Source: an uncultured Flavobacterium sp. (GTDB lineage Bacteria > Bacteroidota > Bacteroidia > Flavobacteriales > Flavobacteriaceae). From it: DNA of 64,000 nt. The notes beneath the pieces were generated by a model. That model searched no databases and was not told where the DNA came from. It saw only the letters and a program-made list of their open reading frames with translations. Made by a program: the position numbers and the translations under genes. Numbering within the stretch: the first letter of the stretch is position 1; each line of letters opens with the position of its first letter. The stretch spans positions 1,925 through 65,924 of the forward strand of contig CAZMHK010000001.1 in assembly GCA_964566045.1 (NCBI GenBank), in the 5' to 3' direction. Shown one piece after another: positions 60,201-64,000 of the stretch.

Positions 60201-63200
60201 TGCGTTAACGGGATCGTTTGAAGTGGTGACAAACAACCATTTGAGTCTCTAACTTGGTAATTTACAGTTGTTGTTCCGTTATTTACCGTTAGTGTATTAG
60301 TGTTAGTAAAACTTCCACCGTTAAAACTGTAGGAATACGTTCCTGTACCGCCGGTAGGTGTTCCAATGGTAACCACTGCCGATTGAGGTAGGTTTGTAGG
60401 ACTACAACTAAAAGGTGTTGCGATAGCTGTTGCTGCAATAGGAGCTGGATTGATAATCGTTACTTGCGTTGGCGTAGACTCGCAACCTTTGCTGTCAATT
60501 ACTTTAATATCATAAGTACCAGCCGCTAAACCTGTAAACTGGTTGGTAGCTTGCGTGCTGTATGTAGTAGCAGTGCTTAATTTAATAGCATACGTATAGG
60601 TAGTAGTAAATCCTCCTGAAGGGGTTACGGTAATGGTACCATTGTTCAAACCATTACAACTAATATCTGTTTTTGCAGTTGTGTGCGCTGGTGTCGTTCT
60701 AGGCGTTACTATAATAGCGTTACTGCTAGCGGTACAACCACGACTATCTGTCACTGTGAATACATAACTACCCGCTTGTGTGGTCGTATATGGGAATGAA
60801 GTCACTACAGCAGGTGTTCCTGAATCGCGAGATACCGTGTAAGTGTAAGGTGTTCCGTTACCACCTGTAATCACTGGATTCCCAATAGAGGCATCGACTA
60901 AACAAGTTAAATCATTGATTAAAGAAACATTGAACCCTAATTGTGTAGCAATAACAATATTAGCAATTGTTGCTGTACAATTGTTGCTATCTGTTACCAA
61001 GATTGTGTGCGTACCTGGTGTAACATTGGCAAAAGAATAAGTGGTTAAAGCTGAACTAACCGCTGCACTCGAATCTAATTGATACGTAAAAGGTCCTGTT
61101 CCTCCGGCTACATTGACAACAAGAGTTGCTGGATTAGCAGTAGTGTAACAATAATCAGTAGTAGTGTCTAATGTAGCGGTTACTGCTGGAGATGCAGTTA
61201 CAGTGATAGCAAATCTTACTGGATTAGAACAGTTATTTGCATCTCTCACGAATACCGTGTAATCTCCGGCTGATACATTCGTAAAATCTCTATTGTTATT
61301 AAAAGCAGTAATTACTGTGGTACCGTTAGCCGCACGTAACTCGTATTGATAAGCTGGAGTTCCTCCGCCACCGGTTGCACGTATAATAGCACCTGTGGTA
61401 CAAGTTGCTGGGGTAAGTATTGTAGCAGTTGCTGTAACTGCAGTTGGCGCAGTGATAGTTACGGCAAATGTCTTAGAACAAGCAGTGATTGTTGATCCTA
61501 CAGGACGAGCCAATACATTATAGGTGTTTGCAGTTAAAGTGTTAATTACAACAGGAGAAGTGAATGAAGTAATCCAACTTGCACCGTTATTTAAAGAGTA
61601 TTCAAAACCAGTAGTGGCGTCAAAATTTTGAGCCGTAATAGTAAATCCGCCATCAGTACCGCCTGCACATGATACATTGCGTTGTCCTGTTACTTGAGCG
61701 TCAAAGGCACGACCTGTAGGTACTTCGATAGTAAAATCTCTTGCGGTAATACATGCTGTTGGAAGTTGGAAAACTCTAATGTCATCAATAACAGCATCGT
61801 TACCATTATACTGAACACTACCCGACCTTACACGGAATGTTAAGGTAGTATTGTTACCTGGATTTAATGAAACAGAGCGTAATACCCATGTATTTGAACG
61901 TGGTATTGTTGGTATTGGAGGAATTCCGGTTGGATTTGGTGTTGGAGGAATCGGCGGTTGCTGTGCAATGATATTTCCACTTGAATCTACTAATTCAAAA
62001 GAAAAGCTTGGATCTACAGCGCCTACAAAATTAGCGCGTAGTAAATTAGCCAAATAGGCCTCAACGATCACTGGTTGGTTTGGTATAACATCATTAATTA
62101 CTTTACTGTACAGCACACCATTTGGTCCAGCAGCAGCGCCTATGTTAACAGCTAAAAAGCGGCCATTAGGATTGGCACCAGCGGTAGTATGGTCTCTAAA
62201 AGCAAACCACGCTGGATTGTTAGGAATGATGGCACGAGTTACCACATATTGATTATCCTCTAAAGTTAATGCAGGATTAGAACAAGTTGATGGAACTACA
62301 TCTAAATTGTGAAAGCAGTAAGCAGATGCAATACCTGGTGTAGTTGTGTTAGCACCAATTCCAAAATCTTCATTTAATAAATTACTAAAAGTGGAAACGG
62401 TACTTAAACGGTATTCAACGCGAATATTATGCGTTCCCGGTGTAACATTTAAAAATACATTAGGTGGTGTATTGGTATTGCGCACGCCATCTAAGAAATA
62501 ATCATAGGTATAATTAACATTTCCTGGGTTATTTACAGTTACTGTGCTGGTGGCTGTACCGTCACAATTAAAATCAACCGGCGTAGCTACATTAATTGCA
62601 GGTGCAGCAGGAGCTGGATCTACAGTTACTGGAGCTTGAAAAATACAGTTGTTGCTGTCTCTTACATACAGAATATAATTACCTGGCGCTTTCAAAGCAT
62701 TATTTACAGTGGTCCATGAAGCTTGGTTGTCAAAACTAAACTGATAAGGAGCTACACCACCTGTTACATTGGTGATACGAACCCTACCTTCGCCTGCTGG
62801 TCCACAGCCCGCCAACTCAGATACCCCTGCGGATGCTGTTAGGGCTGCTGCTGGTTGGGTAATGATAATAGGTCTCATAGGCTCTAGGCACTCGACCCCA
62901 TTTAAAGTATATTTTAAAATGGTATTGTAAGTTCCGGCGGCTAAACCAGAAATTACTCCTGAGGTACCATAATTCAATCCATTATCAATACTGTACGTAA
63001 CTGTATATCCATTAGCATTGGTCATGTTGAAATTAATAACTCCTGTAGTATCGTTGTAACAATTAACATTAGTACCTACGGTGTTGTATACTGGTACTGG
63101 TACGCTATCAATACGAATAGAGACATTAGTAGAACAACCATTAAAATCAACAACGCGAATTTGATATAATCCCGGAGTAGGAGTATTAATTACATTTGTA

Positions 63201-64000
63201 AATTGTGGCGATGAAGCTCCATTAACGTAATAAGCGTATGGTGAAGTACCACCCATAGTAGATACTGTTACTTCGCCTGTTTCGCAAGTAAGGGCTTTGG
63301 TTTGATTGACTGTGGCAGTCAAAATTGCTGGTTCAATAATATCAATTGATCCTGTGCCTAAACAACCATCATCAGTACGAACTTCGTAAGTATAGGTACC
63401 CGCCGTTAAATTAGAGAAATCAAAATCACTTGCTGCAATTGGACCTACAGCGTTAACTACATTTCCGTTTTGACGTAATGTATAAAAGTATTGTGGTCGA
63501 ACATCATTTGCTGCTAAACGAATCGAACCTCGATCACCATTGCATAATGGTTGAGAAACAAATTCACTAACAGTAAAGTCACGACGTCTGATATCTATAG
63601 AAGGTACTGTAAATAGACATGGATTTGACACAACCCCTTGTTGTCTAATATAAACCGTATAAGTTCCAGGAGTAGTGATAGGAAATACATTACTAGTTTG
63701 AAATGGACCTGTAGCATTTAAACTAAATTCATAGCCCGTAGCAGGAACACCTCCAACTGTAATTTGACCTTGGGTAGTACAAATGATATCCCTTGAATCT
63801 GCTGTAGGATTCAAAAGATTTTTAAATACATTAAAGTAAAAAACGTTAAAACAGCCACCGTCATAGTTAAACACTACGCGGTATTGTCCCGAAGTATCTG
63901 CCGTATAACTCGATCCTGTTCCTACGTTGCTCCAAGTACAACTTGAATTTTCATTGGCACAATCGTCTAATCCTACCGCAGGGCAACTTCCCTCATTTAG
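48290..64000 (-). CDS. sprB: Giant SprB-like gliding-motility cell-surface adhesin (partial; N-terminus beyond the window)
   Basis: The frame stays open from 63875 to 64000, so the listed GTG at 63874 is not the start. It has more than 60 Cys-pair modules of ~75-90 aa (C.G..(D/N)G.I...GG..PY.Y...G..FQ.SN.F..L.AG.Y.V.V.D.NGC) and ends in a T9SS type-B sorting domain followed by sprF. Orthology versus paralogy to F. johnsoniae SprB is unverified. Confidence 0.85.
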   Translation of the reverse strand, partial: LNEGSCPAVGLDDCANENSSCTWSNVGTGSSYTADTSGQYRVVFNYDGGCFNVFYFNVFKNLLNPTADSRDIICTTQGQITVGGVPATGYEFSLNATGPFQTSNVFPITTPGTYTVYIRQQGVVSNPCLFTVPSIDIRRRDFTVSEFVSQPLCNGDRGSIRLAANDVRPQYFYTLRQNGNVVNAVGPIAASDFDFSNLTAGTYTYEVRTDDGCLGTGSIDIIEPAILTATVNQTKALTCETGEVTVSTMGGTSPYAYYVNGASSPQFTNVINTPTPGLYQIRVVDFNGCSTNVSIRIDSVPVPVYNTVGTNVNCYNDTTGVINFNMTNANGYTVTYSIDNGLNYGTSGVISGLAAGTYNTILKYTLNGVECLEPMRPIIITQPAAALTASAGVSELAGCGPAGEGRVRITNVTGGVAPYQFSFDNQASWTTVNNALKAPGNYILYVRDSNNCIFQAPVTVDPAPAAPAINVATPVDFNCDGTATSTVTVNNPGNVNYTYDYFLDGVRNTNTPPNVFLNVTPGTHNIRVEYRLSTVSTFSNLLNEDFGIGANTTTPGIASAYCFHNLDVVPSTCSNPALTLEDNQYVVTRAIIPNNPAWFAFRDHTTAGANPNGRFLAVNIGAAAGPNGVLYSKVINDVIPNQPVIVEAYLANLLRANFVGAVDPSFSFELVDSSGNIIAQQPPIPPTPNPTGIPPIPTIPRSNTWVLRSVSLNPGNNTTLTFRVRSGSVQYNGNDAVIDDIRVFQLPTACITARDFTIEVPTGRAFDAQVTGQRNVSCAGGTDGGFTITAQNFDATTGFEYSLNNGASWITSFTSPVVINTLTANTYNVLARPVGSTITACSKTFAVTITAPTAVTATATILTPATCTTGAIIRATGGGGTPAYQYELRAANGTTVITAFNNNRDFTNVSAGDYTVFVRDANNCSNPVRFAITVTASPAVTATLDTTTDYCYTTANPATLVVNVAGGTGPFTYQLDSSAAVSSALTTYSFANVTPGTHTILVTDSNNCTATIANIVIATQLGFNVSLINDLTCLVDASIGNPVITGGNGTPYTYTVSRDSGTPAVVTSFPYTTTQAGSYVFTVTDSRGCTASSNAIIVTPRTTPAHTTAKTDISCNGLNNGTITVTPSGGFTTTYTYAIKLSTATTYSTQATNQFTGLAAGTYDIKVIDSKGCESTPTQVTIINPAPIAATAIATPFSCSPTNLPQSAVVTIGTPTGGTGTYSYSFNGGSFTNTNTLTVNNGTTTVNYQVRDSNGCLSPLQTIPLTQLNSPTDLTFSNAAVTCTATTTTVTVTATNGVGALRFEIIGTTSATTASNFGPVNTTGSSQSANFPNLLPGNYTFRVTDANGCYYTESHNIAPVTPIAVAANKTSDVLCQGGSTGSGTYTVSGNATVGAYTFTVVAGAIPPASLIQSGNVLTLSNATAGTYTVRVRDNATGCEADGTITINQPAAPLAITNVVATNFNCNNYNSQITVTATGGTTAYGYAAVIAGTSAPTIFASSNVVTVDTVNGTELSWDVYVRDANGCITVRNIIIAGDPAPAAPVVTVPNQCMASGSGFTITVTPVTGPLGPYTYGISGATGAFQASNTFNVAPGPYTVLVRDRNGCISAGTAVTVAAQLTAAAGVTKALDCSGTPDAIISGTINGGRAPFTVGVSSGSAAGTIAQLTNTFTYTTAVAGTYTFTITDANGCTTTASATVAPIADPSLAVAAQVNVSCNGGSNGSVTLIGSGGSGGYTYSNDNITFGPSATFSNLAAGNYTFYVRDSKQCDTSINVTITEPANALAATADVVPFECSPSNAPVAGTVTLNASAGTAPYTYSFNGGAFTSNNILTINNTTADVPYTYIVRDALGCTVSGNGTLLRLNNPVIGTITSTPIFCQPVTATTSTVSVPVNAGTGVGTLTYAIISPASAVTNTTGATTGVFSGLTSGNYVFRVTDANGCYDTESYFVAPVTPIVATATKLTDVDCFNNTTGSIRYNVSGFGTGSYSYTVNGGAPVTAQTLSTFDLNTLGAGTYIVVFTDEVTGCTATTSVTITQPAVLDITLVSNRNANCAIPTSRVTVTTTGGTTPYFYAFVPAGNTPAVSDYTSSAFRDLNPATPSWDVYVLDANGCPDMISVSVTSDPIPTVTALGGGCLGTPGGYTITANNTTPLGGVIAPIRYSINNGASYQTSNVFTVTTAGDYTITMIDGNGCIATAPIVTVAPQLTLNAILNKDITCVVGDEPARITLTPSGGVGPFTYVITTPAPETSNVTGATTGVFTTNAPGSYTFTVTDAVGCTYTTTAAIPVTAPIFPVITGVTQTAFINCNGDDTGAFRVDFNTSLGVGPFEFSIDGTNFQSSNTFTGLSAGSYTVTIRDAKGCTDTDGITIAEPPIMFIDYDVIPIQCNPGFPGTSKGSIIINGITDSVSTLGGTGGTAPYTYYVTGINGYNEIEPNTSGTTSVTFNVVDFGLYQIRVVDANGCTIIENDVLVASDPDDLDIVIDTVANCTGGTANVAVAGTFTSMGPFYFNIYNGPGQVFTAVGVDGWQGENPANSKGTIFTGLLPGVTYTFIVFDSATMCYYYETAAIAVPTSTLVTVPSIVGNNIRCTGDTNGSVNFDIANGYASPITVSYQVYEAFNNVLITGANGTGNIPAGGTLSITDFGVSLLPAGSYYILVRETAGPNVGCSIASANFNILESPELLTVVGTIIKNSNCTDDGIITAQAQKGTGPYTYQVTTSATPPAITDAGWVSGNTFTRPGSLTGITYYVYAKDAYNCIQVDDVILLQDAPPTIALPAPICYNGTPFTINLVTDASASATILPATYKVEPIASLNTAAYQNGSTFTLNSAGTYRLYIKDGNGCVAFVDYTVLPQLQLEPELTKVLDCNLPTPNATVTVTATGGTAAYAYTITAGAVGNTTGATTGIFTGLDAGNYTFEVNDGACTATTTFRIDPIPATIIATPIVTNVSCNGGNDGTITIDVTSGVGPYEYSLSDGVTTTAFTTNNTFTGLVAGTAYVVTVRNDRDCLQTSPSITITEPDPLTATASAAANTTCSTTTVITVDTVTGGTSSGVGTGYTYSFNGLSFTGGNTFTVNNGPLPATTTIVVRDANNCTFTLPDVVTPALTPPTDLSFAITTAPTCTANSATVQVTVTGGLGTPAFEIISPATATGNTSGATSGAFTLLAPGDYIFRVTDDNGCTRDELFTVAPVTPIAIEAALLNDITCNPANGTSNNGSARFTVTGVAATSTYSYTINSGTPVVGQTSPTIDLTSLGAGTYTVSVTDETTLCVATDDVTITLPDPISFAPTATKVYCTEDDSVITVGTVSGGTGVYEYAAVPASSTAPTLYSNIPVLSVDTVNGTVLTWDVYVRDANGCVGIVPVTIVNDAEPTISDPATQCYTGTPLTVDLDAVTTVYLGSSKIYTLEGSVVAGPIVTLNGPGTYVLGIRDDNGCEDTVNYTVVDQLIAGALLDKDLTCAPTPAASINVTITGGVGPFTVQTLVGGVPTGAPATGVTGPLYTINPTTAGTYSFEITDSYSPTCSVTTNTVEVTTPVTPTFTAVATDATCNGDSNGTITVTPTAGVAPFTFALSGTGFNTTGDATGNYSGLPAGSYTVTITDAKGCPATSATPILIDEPDAVSATISVTTPLSCGTGNVTQAATVTAVPSGGNGSYQYNFNGQGFTPNNTFVTNTAGPVSVIVRDTNGCSFATAVGTTVIALDPPTNMDISGSLIYCAPATSTTSTVTINSVTNGVGPFTYQILAPASAVGNTSGVNSGIFDSLDAGDYLFRVTDANGCTYQELYTVAARVNILATVATITNETCFNANDGAATITVSNSAGYTANLTLGTGTLAQFGNTITLSALAAGNYNLQVLDSTTGCTADVPFTIVGITQVLDFTTTATNINCDVDTAIITVTATGGTLDYQYAVVPVGGTPAATAFGLSNQLTVDTNSGANMQWDVHVRDANGCEDVATVTILTDANPTIANAVATQCPSATGTYEITVTASGFSAALEYSADGTNYQTGNVITVNAPGNYNITVRDANGCPSVAFPVSILTPLVVNPVVSIPVSCAGNDGVVNVSATGGSGNYQYNIDGGAFGTSSAFNAVAAGNHIIGVRDTTTLCEVFVPVNLQAATLVTGFALAKSDVTCFGGADGTITASFDTPAPGVNDNPVYLYSLNGGMPQASNQFTGLTAGSYTVQVVSARGCDATATIVVDEPDPIVVPAPAVVQFGCASGNASNLATITVTGVTGGSNTYLNYEFLRNGTRIQFGPSNVYTETVLTGGNYTVNVFDSNGCIGTSTTPIDIVPYIELDTVTVNVDQAITCSNLENITVSVTTIGGTASNLEYTLVDRDPTTGALGTLYPSQTNAAGVFTNLPIGDYNISVRNLDTGCEIRAVHFVNNPNTFELVVNATTDVTCLNDTNGTATITLVDRLITTTPLNGNDAGPFSYTLQNAAGVTVGSGTAPTAGPFTLTGLAAGTYTVGATLSQTPDCTVVTNFTIAAPTAALDITETHTEITCVTGNNDGSISVAATGGWPGAYQFELVGPTAAQSVAYGTQTVFTGLTAGSYTVNVRDSRGCVNSEIVVLNNPSPIAFTAAPSTTLVDCINDASASITVTTGPTGGSGSYLYTLIRTDASGAVTTSGPQVANTFTNLGAGSYQVQVSDSWSCSTTSTAMVINEPTRVTAALTLATAKTCAIDATITLTAAGGTAPYEYSSLASFATTTPMVGNSATFSVPVGTYSYYVRDNNGCISFISNDVKIDDVPTLTLDLDVQNATINCTGDASGVIVAVAQGGLGNYVYTLLDSAGNPVSFTVTQTTPGNFTNIPAGNYVVRVVSEDCAAVTSSIVPITEPLVALTQSYAVTPITCAGEGDGRIVITASGGTGIIKYAISPRLDQFFESGVFENLRPGFYEYIVQDENGCFANVKNIEITEPGSVFATVVPNSQIPEVCAGDADGAFSINITGGNAPYSVSLNNRNGTYTTGTLTQRQFDFSGLSGNEQIVYIRDANGCESDFTVMLGEPVTLNPQRTIVYDCVNNTQVNSVTITVDASNDPADLDYALDGSTVFQASNVFSNLSPGIHTVDVRHTNGCIKQVRFVIDQVDPITISLADGGLNEIVATATGGFGNYQFSLNGEPQGNKNSFIIYRSGDYTVTVTDANGCTATATRFFEYIDIKIPNVFTPNGDGNNDTWAPTNTINYKDLNFEVFDRYGRKLGSFREGESWDGKYNGTELPSGDYWYILRLRDVNDPRQFVGHFTLYR
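48293..48553 (-). other. T9SS type-B C-terminal sorting domain (gliding-motility-associated CTD)
   Basis: IKIPNVFTPNGDGNNDTW...SGDYWYILRL...FVGHFTLYR matches the hallmark NAFTPNGDG.ND / GxYxY pattern of this CTD class. Confidence 0.85.
61754..62383 (-). other. ~210-aa non-repeat insert in the adhesin (putative beta-sandwich ligand-binding domain with a Pro-rich loop)
   Basis: The segment NLLNEDFGIG...RFLAVNIG...SFSFELVDSSGN...QQPPIPPTPNPTGIPPIPTIP...TLTFRVRSGSVQYNGNDAVIDDIRVFQ lacks the module Cys pattern. Its end resembles MAM/CBM-like jelly rolls (G.D..IDDI.v). Confidence 0.35.

Noticed and set aside
48936-62057. Many 60-110-aa plus-strand ORFs inside the adhesin gene (e.g. 54522..54833, 56874..57203, 61851..62057)
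   Set aside because: They are antisense to a continuous ORF of more than 15 kb. The adhesin's biased codon usage (Thr/Gly/Asn/Val-rich) depletes stops on the opposite strand. They have no start context or family resemblance.
63872-63874. GTG listed as the start of the giant adhesin ORF
   Set aside because: The reading frame has no stop between 63875 and 64000 and the upstream residues continue the same domain style. The true start is beyond the window.
1-64000. Search for defence islands, prophage, ICE, integrases, tRNA/rRNA genes and biosynthetic clusters
   Set aside because: No integrase, recombinase, phage, conjugation, restriction, toxin-antitoxin or cas-like genes were recognisable, and no tRNA- or rRNA-like sequences either. 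The only mobile-type genes are the two RAYTs.

Overview
AT-rich Flavobacteriia chromosomal window, Flavobacterium-like because it carries gldH, a sprB/sprF pair and T9SS type-B sorting signals. About 44 CDS are packed densely and most are housekeeping. In order: a TonB-receptor tail, a lycopene-cyclase-family gene, a bacilliredoxin, and a repeat-flanked orphan membrane protein. Then trhO, PSP1/RicT overlapping gldH, PBP1A, CoA-transferase A/B, class I fumarase, and a first RAYT transposase inside REP arrays. Next come a nucleoside-recognition membrane protein, an exonuclease and ogt. A nearly complete heme-biosynthesis locus follows: cyt c, hemB, a second RAYT, hemF-E-D-C-A, a divergent AraC regulator, hemH and hemJ. 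After it lie a sensor kinase, an enoyl-CoA hydratase, an RND efflux operon, an HD hydrolase, an acyl-ACP desaturase plus PlsC-like acyltransferase, rnpA, an S41 protease, a GNAT, a lipoprotein, an MltD/LysM transglycosylase and pgk. The window ends with sprF and a giant SprB-like adhesin (more than 5,230 aa visible) whose N-terminus runs off the edge. I found no convincing novel multi-gene system: no defence, secondary-metabolite, phage or conjugation genes. The accessory signals worth a second look are two RAYT/REP units with different architectures, two further structured intergenic repeat families, a TrhO fusion with a possible U32-C-like barrel, and the nested repeats plus a non-repeat insert in the adhesin. 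Coordinates of small motifs were read by eye and may be off by 1-2 nt.
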